53,087 nucleotides of DNA from Paraspadella gotoi (Eukaryota > Animalia > Chaetognatha). This document shows positions 35,793 through 49,941 of the stretch, piece after piece (positions within the stretch are counted from its first letter, which is position 1; the number at the start of each line of letters is the position of its first letter). Below the pieces are notes generated by a model. The model searched no databases. It was given only the letters and a program-made list of their open reading frames with translations, and was not told the DNA's origin. A program made the translations under genes and the position numbers. The stretch is taken from NCBI GenBank assembly GCA_051294375.1, contig JBJCIZ010000033.1, forward strand, positions 1 through 53,087. The letters run 5' to 3'.

Positions 35793-36349
35793 AGGTTAAA
35801 TTCAGCGCCACTGTATCGAAAATGGATATCTATAAAAATCTAATCAGTATTCTCATCTCTCTCTCTCTCTCTTCTCTCTCTCTCTTCATCTTCTCTCTCA
35901 TCTTCTCTCTCTCTTTACTCTCGTCTCTCTCTCATCTCTCTCTCTTCCTAAAAGGCGGACGCAAAAAGAAGAAAAATATGGAACGTTGGGATTAGGAGAG
36001 CGAGAGGAGATTTTTCGATCCACGGAAAATCTCCTCCCGATTGTTTTGTCAATAAAATCCAAGTTTTTTTGACGAATCGTTTGAGACGTTTTAATTTTTT
36101 TGTTTAACAGACAAAAAAAAGACGACAAGGCCAACAGAAGAAGAAGAAAAGTCGACAAAGAAAGACGAACCAGCCGACAAAGATACGGACTATAGCTAAA
36201 AGAGAGGGACGAGAAATATTAATGATAGAAATAACTACACAAAATTAGTTTTTCTTCTTATATTCTTTTTTATTTATATCTCGCAGCTCCTGAAGGGAGG
36301 TCCCTTTTCCCTTGCCTTTAATTTCGAGAACAAGCCTATGGAATAGAGA

Positions 36350-36429
<80 letters not shown>

Positions 36430-37290
36430 GCAGAGGAGGCAAAGAACTCTCCTTCGGGCGTAATGAGGACACCGGAAAATAGGAAATCAAATACGTCTTA
36501 TTATGGACAAGGACGTGGATGTGGGCATCACCGGCTATGGAGCCAGAAGCTGGGAGAGAGAGAGAGAGAGAGAGAGAGCAGAGAGAGGCAGGAGAGCAGA
36601 GACGAGAGAGAGAGAGTGGAAATGAAATTAAATAGAGAGGGAGTGAATAAGATAAGAATTGCTGAATAGGGGTGGAATAGCAGCAGGGACTAAAGAAAGA
36701 AGTAGCAGGAAAGAAACGCGCGAGTCAGAAAGAAGAGAGAAAGAAAGATTAAAGAGAGAGAAAGAAGAAAGAAAGAAAGAAAGAAAGAAAGGAAGAAAGG
36801 AAGGAAGGAAGGAAGGAAGGAAGGAAGGGAAGGAAGGAAGGAAGGAAGGAAGGCAAAGGAACGGAAAGAAAGAAAGAAGAGAGAGAGAGAGTCCTTGATC
36901 TCCGCTTTGCTCGGTGCTATTTGTCGCGCGCCGACCAAAAAGGCTTTGAATGAGGAACAAGTGGCCGGACAAGCGTCGTTGTGATCATTGTCGTTGTCGT
37001 TTGTCGTTATCATGCATCGTCGTTGTCGTTGTCGTCCATCATCGTTGCAGCGAAGCCACCGAATTTTTTTTAGAACATATTCAAGTGAGTCAGTTCACAT
37101 ATATTATACGATGATATCACAAATTAAAGATTCGTGGTTGTTACTTTTGTTTCAAGCAAATTAATAAAAAAAGAGAAGAAAGAAAACGACGCACGACCGT
37201 TTTGAGACTCGACCGTTAGAGAGGGAGTAACCGTTCGCCCCATTTTTTTACCTCTTTTGATATCGTTTTTTCTGTTGTAATGAGAATTTG

Positions 37291-37321
<31 letters not shown>

Positions 37322-40300
37322 TTCTCATCTCTTGCTCTCATCTCTCTCTCTCTCGTCTTCTCAGTCCCTATCTTTCTCTCTCTCTCTTTTATTTTTCTTT
37401 CCATTACAACAGTGGACTCTCTTTTCCAAAAACGGGAGCCCCTCGAATCTCTGTTTCCATTCGACATTGGGCTCTCTTATTCAAAAGCGGCCCAAATGTC
37501 TGTTCTTTAATTTAAACCCTCATATTAATCTCGTCTATAATGAACCCATTTCGCAATCGCTAACCCTTACTAAATCCTAAAACTCAAATTCAAACTCTAA
37601 TCTCTAAAATGTTGGTTCCATTTTCTCCTTACTAAAAGTTATTTCAAATTTTCTTTATTAATGATTAATTAAACCTATAGCTTAGCTATTACTTTTTATT
37701 AACCTGTAATTTATCCTTATAACTTAATTTTTATAACTTTTTATTTCTTACCTGTTGGGGTCTTTTTCGTATTTATCTTACTAATATATCATTCGACGCA
37801 CAGTAATTACTTGTTTACTCCCTTCACGACGCGTTCGTTAAGGCGAGCACAATAATTCAGCACACGATACCTCGTTAACGGTTACATCGGCCCCGACTCC
37901 GATTTCTTGCCTGACGCGCCCAGGGGCGTGGCTACACCTATCATATCTTGATGTCGAAAACAGCTCGCCTATACTTCCATTCTGTCACCAACTCATTTGA
38001 CGACTGTAATTGAGTGAGAAAAAAGAAATTGGCGGTGTTTCCTTTTTTTAAAAAGATTCGAAAGAAAAAACTAAGGATTTTGCGGAATCAGAATTCGCAT
38101 AACCACGTTAAACTCATTATTTCGACGGCTTTTTTGGTTTTTTTGGTTGTTTTTTTAAAAAAAGATCAATTTGAATGTTTCTTTTAATCCTCTACGACAG
38201 AAAAGAATGAAGCACAACACAAAAATTTGGTAAAAAAAAGATTTCTTTTTTATTGTCAACAAAATGATTATTAAAAAAAAAAGGATTTAAAGCTATATGA
38301 AAAAAAAAGACTCGATAACAGATTTGCGAACTTGCCCCCTTCTCAGATTAAAATTTAAATTATTCCCTACGGATACCGCCCTTGTTTGTTTCGGCGCATT
38401 AATTGAAAAATTCGCTCGCGTGACTCTCACAAGACTCTTCCTTATCTTCACCCAAACTTGTATCGCCCCCCTCACCGCTTCCCCCCCCTGTGACCTCATA
38501 TCAGCCCCGTCTCACTCCATTCCATCTTCAAATTGGACCCGCTTTCCAGAAGAAGCCACGCTGGCGGATCAACTGGAGGATCCAGCTGAAGGACTCACTG
38601 CGGATCTCGCTGGCGGGAGGATGTAATGACCAAACGATGCAATACGCCTCGGATTCTCGTAATCGTACGAATGCGGCCCTCCGCAATTCGGATCCCCGGC
38701 AGCACTTTAAATTTTCGTCGCAATGCCGCCTTGGGTGCGCAGTCTCCAGCCTGCTCCTTCGCCCACGGTGAGGATCAAGTGCTCGAGATGTTGATGCTTG
38801 TCCCACCAGATCCTTCTTCCCTGTTTGGCGTGGCTCTTCAACGCGACCACGTCGTCTCTATTTGTTTAGCTTCTTGCTTCAATCCTTTCAACTCGTTTTT
38901 GTAACCGGCGAACATCGAGACGAACCGCCATCCGTTCGATATTCTTCGTATTTGCGTCTTACTTCTGAAAATTGGGAGTCGAAGAAGGTTCACGAATTCC
39001 AGCTTTGAGTCCATTCGTCGTCATTGTTTCGCTCAAAATAGAACTCACATTCCCAGTCGTGATTCTGGGTAGGATATGCTCCCGGGGACCCTGCTCCACC
39101 CTCTGTCTGTTTTCCATTTAAAGTGGTCTGTTTCCGGCTAAATAATAATGAGAAGAAAAAAAATGGCGGTTAAAGAAAAATAATCTGGTTTTTTCGTCGC
39201 ACAAATACTTTACGAACAAGCTTTTTGACCTACAAAAGACTTTAACGACCGAATCACTCAGCTATTTCACAAAAACCCCTATGGTCTGCTATAACCATAA
39301 TCAACTGGTAAAAACGTTAAGCAAGCCAAGTTTATCAAGCAGTCACAGCAGTTATCAAACTCGCTTCTGTCTCATCTGAAAGGATTCGCGGTCACAGCGC
39401 ATCAAAGGCGGCGAAATAAAAAAATTCATTTTCGTCGGAAAAAAAATGGTTTTGGGATTAGGACGAATCAGTGTTTACGGGCGAACTTAGGCGGTTGTGT
39501 ATGATTGTTTTTAATCGTTTCTAGGCTGAACGAGAGGCAATTTACGAAGGCTCTCCGTCGGACTCGTTAGCGGCGGCGGCCTGTCGCTAAAGACGAAAAT
39601 TAAGCTATATACTGGTTAGCGCTAAGTTTTCAAGTTGGGTTATTCAACAAAATATAGGAGCAAAATATTCGTTGATTAAAGTCCGTTCTCTTTCTTTAGT
39701 TGATAATTACAGGGAAAGAAAAAAATTATTTCCATTTTATTTTACGTTGATTTCGCAACGTAGCGAAAAAACGCTGTTGTAAACATGTATGAGATGCGAA
39801 AAAAAAGCATTAAAGAGATTATATTTTTTGAAAACGTTAACGAGTCTCATAAGTATGACGACAAAAAGTACGGATAACTTTCAAGATTTAGAAATCGGTC
39901 GAACTGATTACGTGGCGACTTTATGAAAGGGAGATCTCGATTATTAGATGTGATATTAGGAGTGGAGCTCTCAAGGAACAAACAAATTTATTTGAATGAA
40001 TCGAACAAATGATATTTAGATGTGAAGATAGTATGACATTAACTAGTACAAAGAATATTTTGTTATATTATCTCGGGAACAGAATAGTAAAATATAGATA
40101 TATTTGGTAGTATCTTTATGCAATTGGTCAACCATATAAAAATTTATCGCGATCTCATTTAATAAATAAGCTATCTTGCCCCTGAACTTTGGACAGGATT
40201 TGGTGGTTTAAGAGGCTGCCATACTCTTAAAAATAATGACATAGCAGGTCCTGCCACAGCTTTCGAATCAAAGACTCTCTCACAATCCTCGTTTATTCAC

Positions 40301-41075
40301 TCCCAGAGTACTGGCTTCCCTATCAATGAGAGTGGAAAATAGTAAATTTTAAAAAGTAATTTTTATATTAACAATTTTTATAAGACTCAGATTCTTCATA
40401 AAAAGTTTGAATCAAAAATATAAAACATGTTATCAAAATTCTGTCATCTTCAATGTTTCAAACTAAAAAAAAGGTGAAGAATTCTGATTTTTTTATTCCA
40501 TCTGTAGTAGAAACTAATATATGTTAAAACTTTTTAGTCATTTTTTGTGATCTAAACATTTAAAATATCATATAACAATATTTTATAAAAGTTTCTTATT
40601 TTTTACAGCGAATCAAAATCAGTTCTTAAAAATAAAAAAATTATTTTAAAAATTGACGATTTTGTAAGGATATTATATATAAATAATTTGGAATTTGGCT
40701 ATATCTGGTTATGCTAAAAAGTTTTTAAAGAATTTAACAATTCAGTAATTATCATGTCCATAGGCAGGCAGAAAAAAAATAATGTTCAATCACTCATCTT
40801 TCATCACTCCACCCTAAATGTATTATTTTAAACAGGAAAAAGCATTAAAGAAATATATATTATTAGTAGCCGATAAATTGACTGTCGGTAACGATGAAAG
40901 GACTGACTGAAAGCAAAAGAGCTTACAGAGAAAAGTGGAGGGAATGTGGGATAATTGGAAATTTAAAGCGCTAAAGGTTGTTTGCCGAAAAAACGGTTTT
41001 TTTTCTCGGATAAATCTCTCTGTGAACAACGATAGAAAACTGAAAGGAAAGTCTGAAACCCGGAGGCTGAAAGAA

Positions 41076-41106
<31 letters not shown>

Positions 41107-41457
41107 GAGAGCAGAGAGAGTGAGAGGAGCAGAGAGAGAGAAGAGAGAGAGGGAGAGAGAGAGAGAGAGATATTATCAGATGAAGAAGTGAATTGGGAAC
41201 CAAGAAATAGAAAAGTGGGAATGAGAAAGTCATGAAAATCAATGAAGAGCACAGATAAAATAAAAGAAAGAAAGAAAGAATGAACGACACGAAAAATAGA
41301 CAGAAAAAAAAGAAAATAGAAGTATAGAATAGAAGATCAAAGTAAGAAAAGAAAGGAGAAAGAAAGAATACGAAAAGAGGGAAAAAAAAAATCTTTCGCA
41401 ATCTTGTTTACATTTCCTCCTTCCTTCCCTTTTTTGACTCAAACGGATTCAATTGGA

Positions 41458-41496
<39 letters not shown>

Positions 41497-41600
41497 CCTC
41501 TCTCTCTTTCTCTCTCTTCTGCTCTCTTCTCTTCCTCTCTCTTCTCTCTCTCTATCTCTCTCTGCTCCTCTCTCGCTCTTCTCTCTCTCAAAGGAGAATA
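33590..41600 (+). repeat. Insertion-rich copy of 14570-18170 + 23715-26738 + 32693-33580 (raw long read or other haplotype)
   Basis: Collinear matches with dense 1-nt indels; lacks both 18170-23715 and the 6-kb TIR element; 25-N gap follows at 41707-41731. Confidence 0.9.
38512..39429 (-). pseudogene. Frameshifted second copy of the knottin-like gene (probably sequencing error rather than a real pseudogene)
   Basis: Same exon order and sequence as 24830-25702 with many single-base indels. Confidence 0.7.
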
Positions 41601-42379
41601 ACTTGTATTCCCCACCCTCATATCACTTCTCCTAAAAATGATCACCGCCAACTTTTTTTTCTGGCATTTTCTGCCTCCCTCCTTTAATCGATGTGGGCTT
41701 TTTTTGNNNNNNNNNNNNNNNNNNNNNNNNNTTGTTCACGGCTCGTGCAACGTTGTTCATCTTTCATTGATGATCCTCGTAAATATAAAGATTTTAAATA
41801 GAATTAGATGAACATGTATTCTACATTGAATACATGTACGTTTGACGTTCCCTTGAAAATCCCGATTTAATTTCCTTTTAAAAAAAAGAGAGTGACCCAC
41901 TCATCGGATTTTTTTCTCTTTCGACAAAAGTGTGAGAAAAGTTGGATCTAATTTTGGAATCAAGCGGGAAGATCAAAGAGAAATTGACCTTTAGACTGGA
42001 GACACGTGAGCTTGCCTCACTCAAGCAGCTTTCCTACGCAAATAAACTGCCCTTACTGCTTGATTGGAAGAAAGGCGAGCGAAAAGCATAAAATAAAATT
42101 ATTCTATTTCCTGCCCTTTTGGTCACTTTTGAGTCACTTTGCCAACTAATATTAAGAACGGTTTTACTATCATATCACACATTTTTTGAAATATAACACT
42201 ACTTAGTTTATTGTACTCTGGGAGTGATTAAACAAGACTGTGTGAGTGCAGGGACCTGCTGTGTCATTATCTTGTAAGAGTGATGGAGACCTTAAACCAC
42301 CAAAGCCTGTCCAAAGTCAGCAAGATAGCTTATTTATTAAATGATTGGATAATTTTAATAACGGTTGTATTAATTTCAT

Positions 42380-42412
<33 letters not shown>

Positions 42413-42529
42413 GAACAACAACTTCTAAGACGGATCCACACCTTGGCGTAGGAATTTTTTTTCCTTCTTTTCACTCATGGATTCAAGTTTGAAAGATTGA
42501 CTCACCTTGAAGTCGGATGAGTAGAAAAA

Positions 42530-42567
<38 letters not shown>

Positions 42568-42770
42568 TTTCGTCGTCTTCTTCCACGTCCACCTTGTCGT
42601 CTTCCTCGTCGTCGTCGTCGTCGTCGTCGTCTCTCACTTTCTCTTTTTTTTCGTCGTCTTCGTCGTCGTATTTTTCGTCGTCGCCCTTGTCGTCGTCATC
42701 ATAATCTTCGTCGTCGTCGTCGTCGTCTTCGTCATCGTCTTCGTCTTCATCTTCGACATCGTCGTCGTCG
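42530..42770. repeat. (GTC/GAC)n-rich tract, Asp/Glu-rich in one minus frame
   Basis: Visible directly; coding status uncertain. Confidence 0.85.
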
Positions 42771-43859
42771 GTTTGGTCCTTGAATTTCCAGCCTCCAAGC
42801 TCCTCGTGCTTTCCTGTCGTCAGTCGTGGTCTCTTCGGTGTCATCTTCGTCCCCGTCCGCGTCACCGCCTCGGGCGGTCACTCGGTCATTCGTCGTCGGG
42901 TCATCGCGGTTGTGCGATCGGTGTCCGGTATATAGGGCATTCGGCTGGAAAGCGGTTGATCGTTAACACTTGCCTGTTGAATTTCCAGGCTAATCTCATT
43001 ATGGATTGACACACCTCCGGATTTTACTTGTTTTCTTTTCGCCTTCTCCTGCACTTCCCGGTTTAATCTTCCTTCTTAAGCTTTTCTAAATTAAGCTTAT
43101 TCTTTGGTCCGGACCGAATCGCATCGGCCTCGTCCTACTTCTCTCGTCTCTCTCCTCTCGTCTAAGCTTCGATACTCGCTCCTCGTGCTGTCCCACTCTC
43201 ATCTCTTCTGGTGTGCCCGCCTCACATCCTTCTTCTCTCCGAGTGCGTTCTCTTCTCGTCCTCGACGGTCGCTATTCGCATCTCTACTCGTCATTCCTCT
43301 TGTTATAAGTCGAGTCCTCAGAAGTGTTTTCTGCTCTTCCTACGTTTCCTCACATGTAATATTATCTATTTAACATTAAAGTTTACATTTTGTCTTTTTA
43401 TTTCATCTCTTTAATCACATCTTTTATCACATCTTTCATCATAAACTTCCTTCTAAACCTTTCCTTCCCTCGCGAAGACGCATCGAGTCTTACTTTTTCA
43501 GAGGGAAGATTTTTCATGCACTCTATGGAGATCGAGGGAGGTTGACACCAATCTCATTTGACATATTTTTTGTTCGCTCCGCGGCGACATCTTTTCTCAG
43601 CTCTTTCTTCTTCACTCTCATCTCCATCTCTCTCACCGCTCCGTGCTACATCTCGCTAATCTGGCTCTCTGCTGATGAACTGAGAGACGTTCTCACGGTG
43701 CGTTCTGACGTGAGCTCTACTCATCGTGTCGTCTCGACTAGAGTCTCTATCCGCCGTAGGCTCGGCCGCAGCTCGGTCTCCGTCTCTCTCTCTCGTCCGT
43801 CCCTCACTACCTCGTACATCCACTCTCCTCTCTAATCGTCTCGTGCCTTCTCTCCTCTC

Positions 43860-44962
43860 TCTCTCTTTCAATTGTGGTTCATTCAAGCTTTTTTCCATAA
43901 ATCACCCGAAAGGTGAGTTCGCTTCTTGTGTCACGTGACTTTTGGACTTGAAAAAGATTTTTTTCGTGAAATGTTAAGAGTATAGAAATTAAAAATACAA
44001 TCTTCATTATTTCATTGCATTTTCTCCAACGGTAATAAGTTAAAAAAGTTTTTTGTATTAAACATCAATTTGATAATCTTCTTTACGAAAAAGGGCCTCA
44101 ATCATTAATTAAGAAAAAAATTGAGAGGAAATTCCAAAAAAAAATGCAATTGTTCCGAAAATTAAGGCAAGTGAAAGAAAGGAAGAGACAGGATGAGAGA
44201 GAGAGAGGAAGAGAGGAGAGGAGAGAGAGAGGAGAAGGAGAGGAAGAGAGAGAGACACAGAGGAGCAGAGAGAGATAGAGAACTAATGGTAGGTTTTAAT
44301 TTGTTTCCCGCTAGACCCTNNNNNNNNNNNNNNNNNNNNNNNNNGTGTTTTTGTTCTCACTTATGCTCGGCACTGGCAGCAGATTTGCGTGTACTTTCAT
44401 GTAAGATTGCCGGCTTTTGCGTGGCGGTTTTTCGGTGGCAGCTTCTGGGTCAGTGTAGAGGGGCGGGTATTGGGGTAATTTAGCTGGGCAGGTTACGTTA
44501 TTGGATTTTATTTCCTACGTATTTGGTGTTATTTGTCTTGATTGTACACAACTGGCGTGTACGTAGGTACTTAAGTAGCTTAACTTCATTAAAGGAATTA
44601 CTAGAATTAAGTTTAAAATTCCAATAAACTTATCGTATACTCTAAATTGGTGTGATAAATGGTCATATTAATAAATCTGTGTCATTAGTAATTATGTACC
44701 TATTGTATCAATTATCAGTATAATAAATACAATATTAATGATGATATATATTATTACTCTATTATCTGTAGTGTTTTACTTTATACTATATTTAATAATA
44801 ATAGTAATACTATTTATAATAATTTCTCAGTTTTATAATAATCAATCATGTAATAATATTCGATAAAAATAATAATAGTATAATGTAAAATAATAATAGT
44901 ATCATTAATCGTCTCTTCAACAGGCTCTCTCTTCCTCTCTCTCTCTCCTCTCCCTCCTCTCT

Positions 44963-45023
<61 letters not shown>

Positions 45024-45341
45024 AATTGGTTCATCAAGCTTTTTTCCATAAATCACCCGAAAGGTGAGTTCGCTTCTTGTGTCACGTGACTTTTGGACTA
45101 GAAAAAGATTTTTTTCGTGAAATGTTAAGATATATGAAATTAAAAATACAATCTTCATTATTTCATTTCATTTTCTCCAACGGTAATAAGTTAAAAAAGT
45201 TTTTTGTATTAAACATCATATTTGATAATCTTCTTTACGAAAAAGGGCCTCTCATTAATTAAGAAAAAAATTGAGAAGAAATTCCAAAAAAATATCAATT
45301 GTTTCCGAAAATTAAGGCAAGTGAAAGAAAGGAAGAGACAG

Positions 45342-45384
<43 letters not shown>

Positions 45385-45450
45385 AGGAGAGAGAGAGAGA
45401 GAGCAGAGAGAGTAGAGAGCTAATGTAGGTTTGAATTTGTGTCCCAGAGC
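43860..45450 (+). repeat. ~450-bp direct duplication (43860-44310 vs 45015-45450) around a 25-N gap
   Basis: Near-identical blocks including the GTCACGTGAC palindrome; gap at 44320-44344. Confidence 0.9.
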
Positions 45451-45728
45451 GCGCGATTCTTTTGTTTGGCGACGTTTAATGATTTTAAACTCTCTCTCTC
45501 TCTCTCTCTGCGTTCTTACTCTCTCTCTCGTCATCATCCTGCCTGCTCGTCTCTTCTCATCTCATCCAAGTCTCGTCTCGTCTCTCTCTCTCAGTTTTCT
45601 CTTTGTTGAGATTATTTTTCCGAACGTCGCTCCCAAATTTGCATGAGTTGAAAAGGAAGATTTTTGTGGCGAGAGGAGGAGGGGAAAGGGGGAGAGAGAG
45701 AGAGACAGAGAGAGAGGAAAAGAGGAAC

Positions 45729-45759
<31 letters not shown>

Positions 45760-46379
45760 TAGGAAGAGATAGGAAGAGGGGAAATGCTTGCCTGAGAGTG
45801 CTTACAAGAAATCGCATTCTGTTAAGTAATAACTTGAAAGCGCAGGATTAAGAATAAAAAGTCAAGAACTTATATGCTGGGGGTCTCTTCCAAAGAGCGC
45901 TTGCTCGAAACTGCAAGCTTGAGAGCGCTTGAGAGAGACGCAAGATGGAGAGCTCAGTCTCGATAGCGTAATACTAAATTAATACAATTGATACAAAAAT
46001 TATCCGGTAATCCAAAAATTAAGCTATCTTGCCTTCTTACTTTGAACAAGCAATAGTGGGTTAAGGCCTGCATTAACCTTAAAAGATAAAAGATAACAAA
46101 TCAAGACCCTGCAAGCTTTCAATCAAGCATATCTCACTGTCTAGCATAGCATAGCACATTGCTTCTTTTACATTAATATTTTTTTTATTAATGAATTCGT
46201 AAACACCAACCCAAAACGTCGGCCATTTTCTGTCTCGACAAAACGCAACATTTAATTCTCGGCGCAAGAAAAGTAATTCTCACGACGAAACTCATTCGTC
46301 TCAATATTTCATATCCCAGATTTCTTTTTTTTCACTTTTTTAACCTCGAGGGAAAAAAATGTCAGGATGGCTGAGATTG

Positions 46380-46427
<48 letters not shown>

Positions 46428-46700
46428 CTGGCATGCAAGAACGTGATGGGAATTTATGAAATTTAACCGGTTGTTAAGAAAAGGTTTCACGACATTTTTG
46501 TTACGTACGCGTTTCATCGGCCGGTTTGGAGAAAAAGTATTTACATGTGTACATAAAATCTGGGAACAGCTCGTACACAATGTTTTTTCTTGAATGAAAA
46601 TGTGTTTAAATTGCATTTTGAGCAATTGAGCTTACTAAATAAAATATAAATCAAATCTTGTTTTTTTCCTCTTTTCTATTTTTCTTTCTTTCTTTTCTTT

Positions 46701-46731
<31 letters not shown>

Positions 46732-47191
46732 TTTCTTTCTTCTTTCTTCTCTCTCTCTCTTACAGCTCTTCTTCTCTTCTTCTTCTCCTCTGCTCTTCTC
46801 TCTCTCCTCTCTCTTCTCTCCTCTCGTCTTCTCTCTCTCTCTCTGCAATTTATACGGATAATGCGAATTAAAAAACTTCCTTTTCATGCAAATTAATAAA
46901 AAACAGAGAGGAAAGGAGTTTCGTATTACATTTTTTATTCACATTTTTTCCCCTTTTCTAAAAAGAATGCCATTGTTTTTTCCGTCAAATAATTTGCATA
47001 TTTTACGGAAAATTTAACATTTTAAGTTAATTTTAAGTTTGGCTCACGGAAATTTATCCAATGAAATTAATAAATGAAATATTTTTTTCTGTGATTGCGT
47101 CATAAACAATTTAAATTTTAAAAAATGATGATAAAAATATTAGAGTTAAACAAGATTTAAACTCCAATGAAACATCTTTCTCTTTGTTAAA

Positions 47192-47324
<133 letters not shown>

Positions 47325-47648
47325 GATATTATATATATATAAACTCGACACGTTAGAAATATTTTAACAATTAACTGTTTTATGAAAACGAAATTCGTTT
47401 AAATTTAGCGAGTTTGTTCTTCAAAAATGAGATCATATATAACTAGTAATGAACAAATTTGAGCTGACGCGACTCCGATGAGATTAAAAGGAAACGATAG
47501 TTGGAAATGACAGTTTATGATAGAAAAAAAAAAGAAGTGAGAAATAACTGAAGTGAATCTAATAGAAAAATCACTGAAAAAAAAAAACCTTTTGACTTTT
47601 AGGGTCAATTGTTTTTTCTCTTCAACGCGTTTCATTGATTGCGCGAAG

Positions 47649-47681
<33 letters not shown>

Positions 47682-47856
47682 CTCAGCTTCATCGGCGTAT
47701 ATGTTATTGTCATTGTTATCCAAATTGTGGTCCTTATCATTGTCATTGGTGTCATCAGCATTTAATTTTACCTCAATTTTTGGTAGGGTGTACTTGTATA
47801 GTATTATATTAGTAAATACACTATGGACTCAAGAATACTCAAGAATTCTCAAGAAC

Positions 47857-48008
47857 TCCCTCGTCGGCAATGGAACGGGTCCTATGACCCCGCGGAGGTT
47901 ACTCACTGAAGGTAGGTGCCACCCGGTTTGGAATGAACCTCTTAGCTCGTACCTCATGGTAAAGCGCTGATGTCTAATGGCTAATGGCTAATGGCTAATG
48001 GCTAATGC
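47857..48008 (+). mobile_element. Possible 3' end of a non-LTR retroelement with a (CTAATGG)5 tail
   Basis: GC-rich structured segment (GGGTC/GACCC, GAGGTT/AACCTC) ending in a 7-mer tandem tail at 47974-48008; TACTCAA on both sides. Confidence 0.4.
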
Positions 48009-48832
48009 CATTACTCAATGAGAGAATGAGTCATAACTGAGAAAAGGATGTCTCTATTGGCGGGGTGAACTTAGGGAGCGGACAAGTTGATATTATAGTT
48101 TGTTTTCGTCCTTGTCAGGTTTAATGTCGCTGTCGTCGTCGTCGTCGTCATTCTTATCTTCATCGTTGCTGTCGTCGTCGTCATTCACGTGACCTACTCA
48201 AAATGATGGCATCGCTTTTTTTGCGCGGAAATAAAATATCGAAAAATGGAAGGAGAAAAAAAAGGGGGAAAAAAGGAGGAACAGAAAATGAGGGAAAATA
48301 TGATAAACTGAAAAAGAAGATGGAAAAATTAATATCGAGTGAAGAGAGAAAAAAATGAACATAACGCGTGATGAGACGATGACGACGACGATGAAGGCGA
48401 CGAAGTATGATGACGACATCGATGACTATAAAGACGACGATGACAATGTTGTCGATGACCCCGTCAACGTCGACGTAGACCGAAACGACGACAACGACGA
48501 TGACGTCGACCATAATGAAGACAACGACGATGATTATAACAAAGACAACGGTGACGACGACGATAACGACGACGACGATAACGACGACGATAACGACGAC
48601 GATGACGAGGTCGACGATCGTCCTCAGAGACGAGAAAATCTAACTCTTTCCACCAACTTTATCCATCTAGAATATTTGTTTGAATATTAAATTATTGTTT
48701 ATTGTTTATTTCTATTCGTTGTGTTTGGATCTGTTTATGTCATTAAACAATTTCGTATCAGACGTCATCGTCGCGGTCGTCGTCGTCGTCGTTTTCGTCG
48801 TCGTCGGCCTCGTTGTCGTCGTCGTCGTCGTT

Positions 48833-48863
<31 letters not shown>

Positions 48864-49268
48864 TCATCGTCGTCTTTCCCACTAATGTCGCTGGTTTAAT
48901 TTGTTATTTAGAAAAAACGGACAACATTTAATTTACATTTAAAACGATTAATTGAAATAAAATCCGGATTTTTTTTCTCGAATCGATTACGAACGAGACT
49001 GTGACTCGACGTGATTGTGAGTGATAGTGGAAGTGAGACGAGTTCACTGACAGTAACAACCAAAGTGACTGTCTGTGAAAAATCTCACAACCTGACTGTC
49101 AGTAACTGTGAAAGTGAGACGACGGGACTGCATTTTTGGGCTGTTCGAATATTTTTAGGTTTTGGTTGAATTCACTTTGGCAAATATTAAAAGAAAAGCA
49201 ACAAAAAACTGAAAAGAAAAAAAAATTAAAAAATTATCTTTAAAATCTCGGTTTTTTCTTATGAGTGA

Positions 49269-49318
<50 letters not shown>

Positions 49319-49662
49319 CAGAGATGATAGAAAGCGTTCCAGATTTTTAAAATTTTTCAACTTTTATTCTTCGAGTAATTAATTTTAAAGGAGGGCTCGG
49401 ATAGGGCCCGTCGTAAAAAGCGAATAAGTGTTAAACTAAATTATCGTAATAAAGCCAAACTTTTTAACTAAACAGCCAAAGCTTCTCGGCGTTCTTTTTT
49501 TTTTTATGTCCGTCTAATTAGTTATTCAATCTTCGCTTAGAAGGAGAACTTTTAAAAATAAAATAAATTTTTCGTCGTTGAAAAATTCTTTTTTATATTA
49601 TCGGAAATATTTCTTTTATCTTAGTACTATTTTAGGATATTTTACTGGAGGATATTTTACAA

Positions 49663-49941
49663 TTTTCTAAAAGCGCCGCATTTCCGTTTCTAATCCATGT
49701 AGTTAATTTTTCCTTATCAAATCCTTAATCCTTATCAGTAACCCTAATATCTAACCCTAACCTAACCCCTGACTTTAATTCCAATTACTAATCCCAAACC
49801 CAAACCCGTAACGCTATCCGTTAACCAAATCATTAACCAAATCTCTAACCTAACCAGCTAACCCTAACCCAAAACCTTAATCTTCAAACTTAAAACCTAC
49901 TTAACTGCGAATATAAGCTGAACCGGGGCGCTTTTGGAAAA
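49663..49941. mobile_element. MITE-like element with 15-bp inverted ends and internal degenerate (CTAACC)n
   Basis: TTTTCTAAAAGCGCC (49663-49677) vs GGCGCTTTTGGAAAA (49927-49941); related left ends at 23795-23870 are also followed by CTAACC-like repeats. Confidence 0.55.

Noticed and set aside
48355-48690. Asp-rich 111-aa ORF
   Set aside because: Lies among (GAC/GTC)n tracts in both orientations; no signal peptide or splice support.
49735-49890. True telomere
   Set aside because: Highly degenerate, internal, and enclosed by inverted ends.
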